DNA of 64,000 nt from an uncultured Actinomycetes bacterium (lineage in GTDB: Bacteria > Actinomycetota > Thermoleophilia > Gaiellales > Gaiellaceae), in the NCBI GenBank assembly GCA_963839755.1, contig CAWIVU010000008.1, forward strand, positions 228,263 through 292,262, in the 5' to 3' direction. Within the stretch, counting starts at the first letter, position 1; the number at the start of each line of letters is the position of its first letter. This document shows positions 48,176-58,956 of this stretch, in pieces. Made by a program: the position numbers and the translations under genes. The notes beneath the pieces were generated by a model, which was not told the DNA's origin, ran no database searches, and worked only from the letters and a program-made list of their open reading frames with translations.

Positions 48176-48308
48176 GCCCGTTTCTCTTCGGTGGCTCCGA
48201 GGCTTGAGAGATCATGGCAGGTGAGGCGCGGGCGGGGCGCTGAACCCAAGTCGTCGCGAGCCAACTCGGGCTCGTCATCCTCGCTCATTCCAGCCTCCTC
48301 CAGCCGAG

Positions 48309-49392
48309 CTAGGGATACGGGCTCCAGCGGATCGAGGCTGCGACGGCTGCGGCGGCGAGGAGCGCGCCGAGCGCTGCGAGCATCCAGGTGATCTCGGTGG
48401 GCTGTCGCTGCGTTGCGACCTCTCTCGGAAGCTCGGCGAACACCTCGCGCAGCTGATCCGCGTCCTCGGCCGCGTGGTAGGCGCCGCCGGTTTCCTCGGC
48501 AACGGCCATCAGCGTGTCGGTGTCTGCGACGAGGAACCCGCCGAATCCGCCGCCGCCGCCCACACCGAATCCGCGGCCTCCGAAGATCCTGCCGCCGAGC
48601 TGTTCGCGTGTGCAGGAGAGCTCTGACGGCTCGGTTGTCCCGAAGCCGATCGTGTAGACACGCACCCGTCGCTCGACAGCGTGGGGCGCAGCGTCGAGCG
48701 GCTCGATCCCTCGCGTGTTCCGGCCGTCGGTCAGGAGCACGATGATGTCCGGCACGTAGTCGTCCGACGGGGGCGCCGACGCGGCGGGTGGAGGGGCTGC
48801 CGTCGGGGACCTCGCCGAGCGCGTACACGTCGCCGACCGGCTGGACGGCGGGGTTCACCTCGGCGATCGCGTCGAGCCCTTTCAGCATTGCTCCGCCGAT
48901 CGCGGTGCCGCGGCCGGTCGTGACCGAGTCGATCGTCGCGATGAGCTCCGCGCGTTCGGTTGTCGGCGGAACCGCCAGCTCGGCGAACCCCGAGAAGATG
49001 ACGAGACCCATGCGCACGTCGTCCGGCTGGTCCTCGACGAACGCGCGGGTTGCCTGCTGGGCGACGACGAGCCGGTTCGGCTTGACGTCGGTCGAGCACA
49101 TCGAGCCCGAGACATCGAGCGCGAGGATGATCGAGGTCCGCGCGTACGGGACGTCACGCTCCACGTGCGGTCGGCCGGCGGCAAGGCCGAGCGCGACGAG
49201 GCTTGCAAGCACGAGGGCGATCGGGAGGTGCCTTTGCCAGCGCTTGCGTCTCGGCAGCACCGAGCGCAGCAGCGCGACGCTCGAGTAGCGGACTGCCTGT
49301 CTGCGTCGCCGTCGCATGAGCCACCAGTAGACGGCGAGGAGCAGCGGGACGGCGAGGAGGGAGACGAGCGCGAGAGGCCACGCGAACGACAA
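48309..49392 (-). CDS. VWA domain membrane protein (BatA-like), apparent frameshift near 48770
   Basis: MSFAWP N-terminal TM, DVSGSM MIDAS, TAIG, then IVLLTDG in the next frame. Confidence 0.87.
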
Positions 49393-49393
49393 C

Positions 49394-50386
49394 TCAGATC
49401 ACCCGCCCGAACCACGCGATCGAGAGGAGCGACCCGAGGGCGAGCACGAGGCCCCCGGCAGCCGCGAACAGTGCCGTCACTTCGTGCTGGCGCTCGACGC
49501 GGGCGAGCGAGAGGTCGACGGACTCGTAGATCCGTTCGAGCGTGGCGGCGTCGCCTGCACGGTTGTAGGTGCCGTCGGTCACGTCGGCGATCGCGGTCAG
49601 CTGCTCCTCGTCGAGCGCGGTCGCGACGTTGAACCCGTCGATCTCCACGACCGTCCCCTCCGGCGTCCCGATCCCGATCGCATGGACGCGAACGCCTGCC
49701 GAGGACGCGACCTCGGCGAGCTGCATGGGGTCGGGGCGCGACGTGTTCTCGCCGTCCGAGAGCAGCACGATGGCGGACGAGCCGAAGAACCCGATGTCGA
49801 TGTCGCCGCCTTCGCTCTCCAGTGCGGACTCGTCGATCTGCAGAGGCTTGCCGGCGATCGTACTGAGCGAGGTGAAGAGGCCCTGGCCGAGCGACGTGCC
49901 GCCGCTCGCCGAGAGTCGGCGGATCGCCGCGACGACCTGCTCCTTCACGTCGGTCGGCCGCAGCACCGTAAGGGCGCTGTCGCCGAACGCCACGATTCCG
50001 ATGCGGATCGTGCTCGGCTGTCGCTCGGCGAACGCCGTGGCCGCGGCCTTTGCCGCTCCGATGCGAGTGGGCTCGAGATCGTCCGCCCGCATGCTGTTGG
50101 ACACGTCGAAGGCGAGGATCACCGTCCCCTCTCGTTGCGGCAGTGCCAGGCTCATCGTCGGCCGGGCAAGCGCGACGCAGACGAGTGCGAGCGCCGACGC
50201 GAACAGCGCGAACGGGACGTGCCGTCGCCACCGCAGCCCACGCCGGGACGCCGTGGTCGGCACGAGCCCCTCGGTTGCGAGGCGGTCGGCGCGTCGAGAT
50301 CGTCGTCGCACGAGCCTCACGTACGCGAGCACCAGGACGGGGACGAGCGCGAGGCTGAGCAGCATCCAGGGCGAGCCGAGCGACAT
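49394..50386 (-). CDS. VWA domain membrane protein
   Basis: DVSNSM MIDAS, GTSLG and VLLSDGEN. ATG at 50386 overlaps the DUF58 stop. Confidence 0.9.
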   Translation of the reverse strand: MSLGSPWMLLSLALVPVLVLAYVRLVRRRSRRADRLATEGLVPTTASRRGLRWRRHVPFALFASALALVCVALARPTMSLALPQREGTVILAFDVSNSMRADDLEPTRIGAAKAAATAFAERQPSTIRIGIVAFGDSALTVLRPTDVKEQVVAAIRRLSASGGTSLGQGLFTSLSTIAGKPLQIDESALESEGGDIDIGFFGSSAIVLLSDGENTSRPDPMQLAEVASSAGVRVHAIGIGTPEGTVVEIDGFNVATALDEEQLTAIADVTDGTYNRAGDAATLERIYESVDLSLARVERQHEVTALFAAAGGLVLALGSLLSIAWFGRVI

Positions 50387-51300
50387 CAGCCGCGGCGCCG
50401 CTTCCGTGACTCGACGATCCCGACGAAGGCGGTGACGAGGTCGTCGGCGGTCGAGACCTCGCAGATGTCGACGCCTGCACGGAGGGTCGCGGCGCGCAGC
50501 TCCGCCTCGCGGTGCTCCCCGGCCTCCCTCAGCCGAGATCGGAAGTCGTCGTCGCTGGAGTCGACGACGAGCTGCTCGCCGGTCTCGGCGTCCTCGACCA
50601 CGACCAGCCCCGCGTCCGGGAGCTCGTACTCGCGGGGGTCGACGAGCCGGATCGCGACGACCTCGTGCCGCTCGCTCAGCCGCAACAAGGGCCGCTCCCA
50701 CCCGGGCGCTGTGATGAAATCGGAGACGAGGACGACGAGGGAACGCCGCCGGATTGTTCGGTGTGCCGTCTCGAGCAGCCTTGTCAGGTCGGTCACCGCT
50801 CCGTCCGCCTCGGGTGGCGGCCGCAGGAGGCTTCTCGTGAGCGCGAGCACCTGGTTGCGGCTGCTGCGCGGCGGCAGTGTCTCCTCGAGCTCGTTGTCGA
50901 AGAGGATTGCCCCGACCCGGTTGCCGCTCCTCGTGAGAAGCCGCGCGAACGTCGTGGCGAGCTCGCACAGGACGAGCTCCTTCGGCCTGTCGATCGGGCC
51001 GAACCCCATCGAGCGCGACCGGTCGAGCAGCAGCCATGCGGTCAGCTCGCGGTCCTCCGCGTACTGGCGGACGAACGGCGTGTCCATGCGTGCCGTCACG
51101 TTCCAGTCGATGTGCCGGACGTCGTCCCCGGCCTCGTACTCGCGGAGGTCGAGGAAGTCCATGCCCGCGCCGCGAAAGACCGTGCGGTAGTCCCCCTGCA
51201 GGATGCCGTCGAGGCGCCGGATCACCTGCCACTCGAGCCGGTGGAGAAGCTGCTCCGGCGTCGGCGTGCCTACGGGGCCGATGGCGTCCGCGGGTCGCAT
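50386..51300 (-). CDS. DUF58 domain protein
   Basis: G.DF.DLREYE.GDDVRHIDWNVTAR and VLVSDF. Confidence 0.92.
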   Translation of the reverse strand: MRPADAIGPVGTPTPEQLLHRLEWQVIRRLDGILQGDYRTVFRGAGMDFLDLREYEAGDDVRHIDWNVTARMDTPFVRQYAEDRELTAWLLLDRSRSMGFGPIDRPKELVLCELATTFARLLTRSGNRVGAILFDNELEETLPPRSSRNQVLALTRSLLRPPPEADGAVTDLTRLLETAHRTIRRRSLVVLVSDFITAPGWERPLLRLSERHEVVAIRLVDPREYELPDAGLVVVEDAETGEQLVVDSSDDDFRSRLREAGEHREAELRAATLRAGVDICEVSTADDLVTAFVGIVESRKRRRG

Positions 51301-51305
51301 GGCGC

Positions 51306-52307
51306 TCAGGAGCGTCCGCCGGCCATCCGCTCGCGTAGTGCGAGCTCGGGAACCGCGACGGCCGTGAGGACGCGGTCGATCACGGAGTCGGCGCTGATCC
51401 CGTCGCCGAGTGCCTGGTACGAGAGCACGAGGCGGTGGCGGAGCACGTCATGCGCTATCTCCTGGAGGTCCTGCGCCAGCGCGTACTCCCTCCCACGGAC
51501 GAGCGCCAGCGCACGGCCGGCGAGGATCATGTTGATCGACGCGCGCGGGCTCGCCCCGTACGTGACGTAGGAAGCCAGCTCGTCGAGACCAACCGAGGTG
51601 AGGTCGCGCGTGGCGTTGGAGAGCTTGACGGCGTACTCGACGAGCGCCGGGTCGACGAAGACTGCGTCAGCGGCCCGCTGAAGCGCGACGAGCTGTTCCC
51701 CGTCCAGGGCGAGCCCCGCCGGCTCGTAGGCGGCAGTCATGCGCTCGACGATCACGAACTCCTCCGTCGGGCTCGGATAGTCGATCAGCACCTTGAGCAT
51801 GAAGCGGTCGACCTGCGCCTCCGGCAGCGGGTACGTGCCCTCCGACTCGATCGGGTTCTGTGTCGCCATCACGAGGAACGGATCGGGCAGCCGATGCGTC
51901 TCCCGCCCGATGGTGACCTGCCGCTCCTGCATCGCCTCGAGCAGCGCGCTCTGCACCTTCGCGGGAGCACGGTTGATCTCGTCGGCGAGAACGAGGTTCG
52001 CGAACACGGGTCCGAGCGAGACCTGGAACTCGCCGAGCTTCTGGTTGAAGACCCGTGTGCCGACGATGTCCGCGGGGACGAGGTCGGGGGTGAACTGGAC
52101 GCGCTGGAACTCGCCGCCGATGGCCTGCGCGAGCGTCTTCACCGCCATCGTCTTCGCGAGCCCGGGGACGCCCTCGACGAGGAGGTGCCCCCGCGCGAGG
52201 AGGGCGACGACCATCCGCTCCAGTAGCGCGTCCTGGCCGACGATCACGCGCTTGACCTCGTAGAGGATCTGTTCGAGGGACGCATCGAGTGTGGGCTGTG
52301 GGCTCAT
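51306..52307 (-). CDS. moxR: MoxR family AAA+ ATPase
   Basis: GVPGLAKT, QFTPDLVPAD, LADEINRA and ATQNPIESEGTYPLPEAQVDRF. Confidence 0.95.
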   Translation of the reverse strand: MSPQPTLDASLEQILYEVKRVIVGQDALLERMVVALLARGHLLVEGVPGLAKTMAVKTLAQAIGGEFQRVQFTPDLVPADIVGTRVFNQKLGEFQVSLGPVFANLVLADEINRAPAKVQSALLEAMQERQVTIGRETHRLPDPFLVMATQNPIESEGTYPLPEAQVDRFMLKVLIDYPSPTEEFVIVERMTAAYEPAGLALDGEQLVALQRAADAVFVDPALVEYAVKLSNATRDLTSVGLDELASYVTYGASPRASINMILAGRALALVRGREYALAQDLQEIAHDVLRHRLVLSYQALGDGISADSVIDRVLTAVAVPELALRERMAGGRS

Positions 52308-52319
52308 GGGCTCCTCTCG

Positions 52320-53180
52320 TCACTTTGGTGGGGCGTCTGCGGCGCCTCCGGCGGCGCCGATGGGAACCGCGAAGCCGATGCCGGCGAAGTAGCCGTCACG
52401 TGAGGGGCCGGCCAGCCCGGTGACGATCCCGATCACCTGGCCCCCACGGTTGAGCAGCGGCCCACCGGAGTTCCCAGGGTTCACTGCCGCGTCGAACTGA
52501 ATGAGCCCGCGGAGCATCGTCCCGTTCGGCGCCTCAACGGTGCGATCGAGCCCCGAGATGACGCCGGATGACAGCGAGCCCACGAAGCCGAGGGGATGCC
52601 CCACCGCGTACGTCTCGTCGCCGATCTGGCCGGCCCCGCCGAGCACCGCGGGGACGATCGGCTGCGGAGGGCGCTCGGGGACGAGCACCGCGATGTCGTT
52701 GTCGGGGTCGGCGGAGACGATCTGGCCGCTCGACCGCGTGCCGTCGACGAAGGAGAGCCGGATCGTCGTCGCGCCGTCGACCACGTGCAGCGCCGTGAGG
52801 ATTGCCCCGCTCGCGTTCACGATCACTCCGGTGCCGAGCCCGCCTTGCGCCCTCGACGACGGCCGCGTCGCCTGGATCTGGACGAGCGACGGCAGGATCT
52901 GTTGGTACACGACCGCCGAGGTCGCCGGAGCTGCACGCAGGTCCTCGATCGCCTTCTTGACGACCCCCGACGCGATCGTCCCGACGTCAGCCCGCTCGAG
53001 CGCGGGCTCCGACTCTCCCAGCGTGGTGAGGGCGACGACGCCGAGCGCGACGGCCGTCACGAGAGTCGCGGCGATCGCGATCCGCGCGCGACGGCCGACG
53101 CGGCCCCGTCGGCCGGGCGGCTCATCGGATGCGGCGGGCGTCGCCTCGCCGGTCTGAGCGCTCGCCGGCACCCTGGTCAT
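52320..53180 (-). CDS. Membrane-anchored trypsin-like serine protease (S1C, no PDZ)
   Basis: LTALHVV, DIAVL and VNPGNSGGPL catalytic triad. Confidence 0.9.
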   Translation of the reverse strand: MTRVPASAQTGEATPAASDEPPGRRGRVGRRARIAIAATLVTAVALGVVALTTLGESEPALERADVGTIASGVVKKAIEDLRAAPATSAVVYQQILPSLVQIQATRPSSRAQGGLGTGVIVNASGAILTALHVVDGATTIRLSFVDGTRSSGQIVSADPDNDIAVLVPERPPQPIVPAVLGGAGQIGDETYAVGHPLGFVGSLSSGVISGLDRTVEAPNGTMLRGLIQFDAAVNPGNSGGPLLNRGGQVIGIVTGLAGPSRDGYFAGIGFAVPIGAAGGAADAPPK

Positions 53181-53252
53181 GCTAGTGAGCCACGTCGGCG
53201 CCGAATCCCAGCAATCCCGAACTTAATCCGGGCTGAACGTCGCCCGGCCGTG

Positions 53253-53861
53253 CTAGCCGGCGGAGCAGGTAGAGGCGATCGCGCGCCAGAGCCCCTCGTA
53301 CTCGCGAACGAGCCCTTGCCGGTCGACGGTCAGCTCGGCCTCGAACTCGTCCTGGGTGTAGCGGTACCGGTCCTCCGCGAGCCTGCTGTAGCGCTGCAGT
53401 ACCCGCTGGACGGTTAGCTCGGGCCAGACCAGCCAGGCGACGTGGATCTCGGCCTCCTCGCCGATCTCGAGAGCGAGGCGTCGGATCGGGAGCGTGTTCG
53501 TCGCCGGCGTGAAGCTGAGATCGACGTCGACGCAGTCGCTGTATTCGGGCGGGCGTTCCGTCCCGGCCCACACTCGGCCGAGCTCCGCTAGCTCTCGCTG
53601 ATGGCCGCCGGCCGTGGCAACCAGCACCTCGACGTCGGTTGTTGCCCACGCCGAGTCGACCGTCACCACATAGCGGAGCTCGATCGGCTGCTTGCGCTCG
53701 TGTGTCAGCACCGTCCCGCGCAGGCGCCAGCCGCTGCCCGCGCCTTCGAGGACGCACACCTCGCTGCCTCCGTCGGAAGCCTGCCAGAGGACGGCGGTCA
53801 CCGGAACCAACAATAGTTCGGGCTTTCGCGGAGCCCCCGCGAACAGGCCCAACGTCACCAT
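53253..53861 (-). CDS. Putative glycolipid-binding domain protein
   Basis: CVDVDLSFTPATNTLPIRRL and FEAELTVD.QGLV.EY. Confidence 0.8.
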   Translation of the reverse strand: MVTLGLFAGAPRKPELLLVPVTAVLWQASDGGSEVCVLEGAGSGWRLRGTVLTHERKQPIELRYVVTVDSAWATTDVEVLVATAGGHQRELAELGRVWAGTERPPEYSDCVDVDLSFTPATNTLPIRRLALEIGEEAEIHVAWLVWPELTVQRVLQRYSRLAEDRYRYTQDEFEAELTVDRQGLVREYEGLWRAIASTCSAG

Positions 53862-54022
53862 GCACGGGAAGGGGGTGGTCGGGTACCTCTCACATGGAGT
53901 GTCCGTACATATGTTCGTGTCCGCGACAAGAGCTGCTGTTTCGGATCAAGGATCCAGCAGCTTCTCGACGAAATCGCGTCCTAACCGGATGCGACTGCCG
54001 CATCTACCAACGGGAGGCAGCG

Positions 54023-54427
54023 ATGAATTCACGGAGCATGGCCGGATGGATCGGGTTCGCCGGGATCTTGATGGTGCTCCTCGGTGGGCTCAGCTTCTTC
54101 CAGGGGCTGATCGCGCTCTTGGAGGACAACTACTACGTCCCTACAGAGGCCGGCTACCTGGTCTTCGACATCACCGCCTGGGGCTGGATCATGCTGATCT
54201 GGGGCGTCGTCTTGGCGCTCGTCGGTTTCGCTCTGCTCAACGGCGCGAGCTGGGCGCGGTGGGTGTCAATCCTGCTCGTGAGCATCAACGTGTTCAGCCA
54301 GCTGGGCTTTCTCGGCAACACCAACGACCAGGTGTGGCTGCTGATCACGCTGACGCTCAACATCATCATTCTCTACGCGTTGATCGTCCGATGGCACGAG
54401 AGCGAGCGGGAGCTACAGACTCGCTGA
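54023..54427 (+). CDS. Four-TM membrane protein (DUF7144-like)
   Basis: GWIGFAG, FDITAWGWI and GASWAR. GGGAGG RBS. Confidence 0.82.
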   Translation: MNSRSMAGWIGFAGILMVLLGGLSFFQGLIALLEDNYYVPTEAGYLVFDITAWGWIMLIWGVVLALVGFALLNGASWARWVSILLVSINVFSQLGFLGNTNDQVWLLITLTLNIIILYALIVRWHESERELQTR

Positions 54428-54756
54428 GAACACCAAGTGCCCCTCCTGTGCGAGGGCAGCCACCAGAGCCGCCCTCGCACGGGAACCGAGAGATCGAGGC
54501 CATTCTCGTGTCTCCGGTTGCGTCCCAGGCTGACTCGGTGGACCTGGCCGAGGTCCGCGGCCGCGCTGGCCCTGCTCGAGAGCGCAGGGCCAGCACACCG
54601 CTTCGCTCGTGTGGGGTACGTCTTCACGACGGCGTGCCGGCGTGACAGGCCGCGCAGACGCCGACGGCTGACGAGACAAGGCGGCGAATCCAGCATGGAC
54701 TACAGTCGACGATCGTCGACGTCGACTCCCTGCACGATGTTCCTCGACCACGACAC

Positions 54757-55644
54757 TCAGCCTTCGCAGGCCTGCTCCTCGTAGGCCGTGGTACGAGAGG
54801 AGTGCTCGACGACATCGGGATGGGTGCGGTTGAACACGGCTAGATCGTCGGGCGTGCCGTTGAGATAGATGCCCCGAAGGTCGTAGCTGTGCCGCGCCAG
54901 GACGTCGCTCCAGCGGGTGCGGAACCATCCGGTATCGGCCTCTACATCGGCGGCGATCGCGACGGGAGCTGCGGCGTCGAGGCCGTCGAGCACCTCGGTG
55001 AAGCGGTCGCCGGTGACGAGCTCACGCATGACGTCCGGGTCGAACCGCGAGGCGGCGACCTTGTCGAACTCGCTGATGAGCAGGTTCAGCGCATCGCAGA
55101 AGGCCGTGGACCCCGCGCCCACTGCGAAGACGACGTCTGCGGCAGGTGGCGATGGAGCGGTCCCGCAGGTTCTGTCGTCGTAGGCGTATTGGGCCTCCTG
55201 GGCACGCTGCGTCTCGACCGGCGGCGCCTGGAAGAGGGCCGCCTGCTCGGCGGCAGTTCCCTCACGCCGCACCCGCTTCAAGTCGAAGTCGTACCGCTCC
55301 AGTAGCGGGGTCAGAACGGTGCGGATGTGACCCACCTTGATCGCGACCTCGTCGCGGATCACCCTAGGCGCTTGCTGGAGCATGGTCTCCTCGGTGATGA
55401 GGTATGCGTTCCAGAACCTGCGAAGAGCGACCGGGTTGGGCTGGTCGAAGCCCTCGCCACCATCGAGCTCATGCACCTTCCAGGCTCGGTAGGTGTGGCA
55501 GTAGGCGCTGTCCGAGCCGGCGATCGGTGTGAGCGCGGGCTCGTTGGCTTCGCCCCTGCTACAGCCGGCCAGCACGGCCAGCCCCAGGATCAGCGGCGCA
55601 AGCATCCTGTTCCGACGTCCGTGTCTCATCTCGTCTCGTGTCAT
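54757..55644 (-). CDS. Hypothetical lipoprotein with a tandem internal duplication
   Basis: Lipobox LAGC and two similar Cys-bracketed helical halves. Confidence 0.75.
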   Translation of the reverse strand: MTRDEMRHGRRNRMLAPLILGLAVLAGCSRGEANEPALTPIAGSDSAYCHTYRAWKVHELDGGEGFDQPNPVALRRFWNAYLITEETMLQQAPRVIRDEVAIKVGHIRTVLTPLLERYDFDLKRVRREGTAAEQAALFQAPPVETQRAQEAQYAYDDRTCGTAPSPPAADVVFAVGAGSTAFCDALNLLISEFDKVAASRFDPDVMRELVTGDRFTEVLDGLDAAAPVAIAADVEADTGWFRTRWSDVLARHSYDLRGIYLNGTPDDLAVFNRTHPDVVEHSSRTTAYEEQACEG

Positions 55645-55650
55645 GACGAG

Positions 55651-56052
55651 CTAGCGCACCTGCGTGAACCGGTGCCCGAGAACCACCGCACGCGCCTGAC
55701 AGGACGCGGACTCTCGCTTCTTGGTGAAGGACACGGTCTTCCCCGACCTCTTCCAGGCGTACGTCCCCGCTCCGGTGCACCCGCTTCCCTGCTCGCGATA
55801 GAGGGTGATCGTCTTTGCGGTCGACGTGTACTTGCCGCGCGCAATGGCCTGCCCGTTCACCGCGACCGTGTATGAACCGCCCGGGGCGTATGTCAGCACC
55901 CATCTCCCCTTGAGCTGAGCCGGGCTCTTGATCGTCGTCGCATACGTCGCGGAAAACCCGCCGGCCGCGAGTGCGGCCGACGACACCGCGATCGCCGCGG
56001 CCACGGCGGCCACGACGACAACGAGTGACCGCCGGCGTTCCAGGTGCAACAT
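55651..56052 (-). CDS. Small secreted protein
   Basis: AAAGGAGG RBS, signal peptide, beta-rich mature part with two Cys. Confidence 0.78.
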   Translation of the reverse strand: MLHLERRRSLVVVVAAVAAAIAVSSAALAAGGFSATYATTIKSPAQLKGRWVLTYAPGGSYTVAVNGQAIARGKYTSTAKTITLYREQGSGCTGAGTYAWKRSGKTVSFTKKRESASCQARAVVLGHRFTQVR

Positions 56053-56155
56053 CGATTCCTCCTTTGGTTGACCTCTCGCCGAGGCTAGGAGGCGCGTGCC
56101 CGGAGCACATCGGCGCCAGCACCAGACGCGACTCGGTGCTGGTACCGAGATCGAG

Positions 56156-56803
56156 CTATCCGACAGACGCGCGGAGGTACGTCACGACTGCGAGGACACG
56201 GCGGTGCGTGTCGCCGTCCTGCGGCAGGTCGAGCTTTCCCAGAATCGAGCGCACGTGCGTCTCGACCGTCTTCTCCGTCAGCCACAGCTCCTTCGCGATG
56301 CCCGCGTTCGTCCGGCCCTCGGCCACGAGCCCGAGGACCTCACGCTCGCGAGGCGTGAGCCCGGCGAGAGCATCGTCCCTCCGGGGCGAGAGCAGCTGCT
56401 TCACGACCTCGGGATCGAGCGCCGAGCCTCCGTTCGCCACCCGCTCGGCCGCTTCGAGGAACTCGCCCACGTCGAGCACCCGGTCCTTCAAGAGGTAGCC
56501 GAAGGCTCCGTCGGAGCTGACGAGCTCGAGCGCGAAGCGGCTCTCGACGTGCTGCGAGAGGACGAGCACCCCGGTGCCGGGATGCGACTTGCGAATCTCG
56601 ACAGCTGCGCGCATGCCTTCGTCCTCGTAGGTCGGCGGCATGCGGACGTCGACGATCGCAAGGTCGGGATCGTGCTCGGCGACGACCGCGAGAAGCGAAT
56701 CGGCGTCGCCGACGCGGGCGACGACAGTGTGCCCGGCATCCTCGAGCAGGCCGGCGAGGCCCTCACGGAGAAGGACTGCGTCCTCCGCGATCACGATCCG
56801 CAT
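56156..56803 (-). CDS. NarL/LuxR-type response regulator
   Basis: IAEDAVL, DVRMPP, GYLLKD and [12 protein letters not shown]. Confidence 0.95.
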   Translation of the reverse strand: MRIVIAEDAVLLREGLAGLLEDAGHTVVARVGDADSLLAVVAEHDPDLAIVDVRMPPTYEDEGMRAAVEIRKSHPGTGVLVLSQHVESRFALELVSSDGAFGYLLKDRVLDVGEFLEAAERVANGGSALDPEVVKQLLSPRRDDALAGLTPREREVLGLVAEGRTNAGIAKELWLTEKTVETHVRSILGKLDLPQDGDTHRRVLAVVTYLRASVG

Positions 56804-58779
56804 GGGATCGCCACCTCGACGCGCGTCCCGTTCCCGCCCGGGCTCACGATCTCCAGCGTCCCCCCATGCGCGGCGACGCGGTCTCGTAGGCCTGCCAGTC
56901 CCGATCCGCGGCGTACGACCGCACCGCCGACGCCGTCGTCCGCGACCGTGACGTGCAGCGTGCCGTTGTCCTGGACCGCGCGAACCGTCACCCTCGACGG
57001 CGCACCGTGCTTGACGGCGTTCGTGATGGCCTCGCAGGCCACGAAGTACGCAGCCGCTTCGATGCTCGCCGGCGCACGCTCGCCGCTCGCTTCGACGTCG
57101 ACAGGGATCGGCGAGGTCCTCGCGAGGTCGCGCAGGGCGGCGGCGAGCCCCTCGTCGAGCCGGGCCGGCCGAACGCCTGCTGCGATCTGACGGAGGTCGG
57201 CGATCGCCGCCCCCACCTCGGCGACGATCTGGTCGAGGGCGGGTGAGAGGATCTTCGCGTCGCGCGGCAGGCTCAGCTGGAGTCGTCTGACCTGCACTCC
57301 GAGCGAGACGAGGCGCTGCTGGGCCCCGTCGTGCAGGTCACGCTCGAGGCGCCTGCGTTCCTCGTAGCCCGCTTCGACGATGCGCGCGCGCGAGGCCTGA
57401 ACCTCCGCGAGCTGCAAGCGGACCTCGACGCGCAGCCGAGCGATCTCGATCGAGAGGGCGGCGGCGGCGAGGATGCCGTCGACGAGGTCCCGTCGCTCGA
57501 GCAGCGTCGGATCGTGGAGCAATACGGCCGTCGGCGTGTCGTCGCGTTGGATCTCACGGCGAGTTCGCTCGTCCTGCGGAAGCTCGTCCAGCGGCTTTCC
57601 GGTCGTATCGGCATACGTGCCCGTCTCGGTCACCCAGAAGAAGAGCTCCGCGAGCGGATCCTGCAAGGCGTCCGCGAGTACGACGCCGATTTCCTCAGGT
57701 GCCCGCATGCCGTCGCGAACCTCGTCCTCGAAGGCCCGAACCCGACGAACACCGTCGTACCGAGCCCGGCGGTACCGGCGGTCCACGAGATCCTGGATTC
57801 GTGCGCGAAGGGGACGGAACGCCAGTGCGACGACGAGCGTCGCCAGCGCGACGACCCACGCGGAATCGCCACCGACCACGACGCCCAGCCCGATCGTGAT
57901 GGCCGCGTAGACGGCGAGGAGCAGGAGCGTCAACGTCACGTAGACGAGCGTGCGATTGACAAGGCGCTCGATCGCATACAGCCGGTAGCGCACGATCGCG
58001 ATCCCGACCGCCGCGACGAACGCGAACTGGGCGACGAGGAGAAGTGCGAACGTCTTGGCACCCCCGCCGCCGAACCAGGTGCTCAGCACGAGGTCGAGCG
58101 GGAGGACCAGGGGGATGAGTGAAGCACCCCACACGAGCCACTTCATCTGCAGACGCTCGACGCCGACCGATCGGCGGAAGCGGAGGATGACTGCGAGGGC
58201 GCCGGCGAAGATGCTCGCAAGCACGCCGACGGCGAACGGGATCCAGATGCCGGCGTCGATGATGAGCTCTCCGACCGCGTTGCCGAGGAGAGGGTTCGTG
58301 ACGTCCTCGTTCGGCGGCGGATACGGCTCCGGATCGAACAGCTTCAGTCCGATCGTGAACGCGAAGCTCACGATCGCCATGCCGGCGACCCAGCGCCAGC
58401 GGCGCGACAGGAGCCGGCCGTTCGGGAAGACGAACGCGACGGCGAGCGGCCAGGCGAAGAGGATGGGCGGCACGGTTGCCGCCTCGGTTTGGTACGCCCA
58501 CGCCGCACCGACGAGCTGCTCCGAGGCGATCTGGAGGGCAGGCAGGAGCGCTCCGAGCATGAGGATCCACGCGATGCGGTTACGCGGGAGCTGGAGGGCG
58601 ATCAGGAGGCCGACGACGGCAGGCGACAGGATCGCGAGCGCGAGGAACGGATAGATCGCGAGTGGAATCCAGTCTTCTTGCTCGGAGGGAACGACCTCCA
58701 AGACCTGCAGCAGGCCTATCGTCAACCCGGCGAGCGTCGCGAGTGCGACGCCGCAGGCGAGGATGCGAAGACCGCGCAT
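56791..58779 (-). CDS. Membrane sensor histidine kinase (HisKA_3)
   Basis: Multi-TM N-terminus, [13 protein letters not shown]-box, [14 protein letters not shown] and GSGL. Confidence 0.93.
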   Translation of the reverse strand: MRGLRILACGVALATLAGLTIGLLQVLEVVPSEQEDWIPLAIYPFLALAILSPAVVGLLIALQLPRNRIAWILMLGALLPALQIASEQLVGAAWAYQTEAATVPPILFAWPLAVAFVFPNGRLLSRRWRWVAGMAIVSFAFTIGLKLFDPEPYPPPNEDVTNPLLGNAVGELIIDAGIWIPFAVGVLASIFAGALAVILRFRRSVGVERLQMKWLVWGASLIPLVLPLDLVLSTWFGGGGAKTFALLLVAQFAFVAAVGIAIVRYRLYAIERLVNRTLVYVTLTLLLLAVYAAITIGLGVVVGGDSAWVVALATLVVALAFRPLRARIQDLVDRRYRRARYDGVRRVRAFEDEVRDGMRAPEEIGVVLADALQDPLAELFFWVTETGTYADTTGKPLDELPQDERTRREIQRDDTPTAVLLHDPTLLERRDLVDGILAAAALSIEIARLRVEVRLQLAEVQASRARIVEAGYEERRRLERDLHDGAQQRLVSLGVQVRRLQLSLPRDAKILSPALDQIVAEVGAAIADLRQIAAGVRPARLDEGLAAALRDLARTSPIPVDVEASGERAPASIEAAAYFVACEAITNAVKHGAPSRVTVRAVQDNGTLHVTVADDGVGGAVVRRGSGLAGLRDRVAAHGGTLEIVSPGGNGTRVEVAIPCGS

Positions 58780-58956
58780 CCGGACATCATTCGCCTCAAC
58801 GTCCCCGGCCGCAATCCGTGCCAGCACCGAGATCGAGCTGAGCACTGACGCCTAGTCGAGTCCCACGCTGGCGCCGATGTGCTTCGGCCGCACGCGTCCT
58901 AGCGTCCTCGCCATGTTCGAGACCTCCCTCATGCGGCAACCCGAAAGGAGAACGCG

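Noticed and set aside
8925-48780. Programmed ribosomal frameshifting at the split genes
   Set aside because: No slippery heptamers were seen, and these gene families are not known for recoding. Sequencing indels are the simpler explanation.
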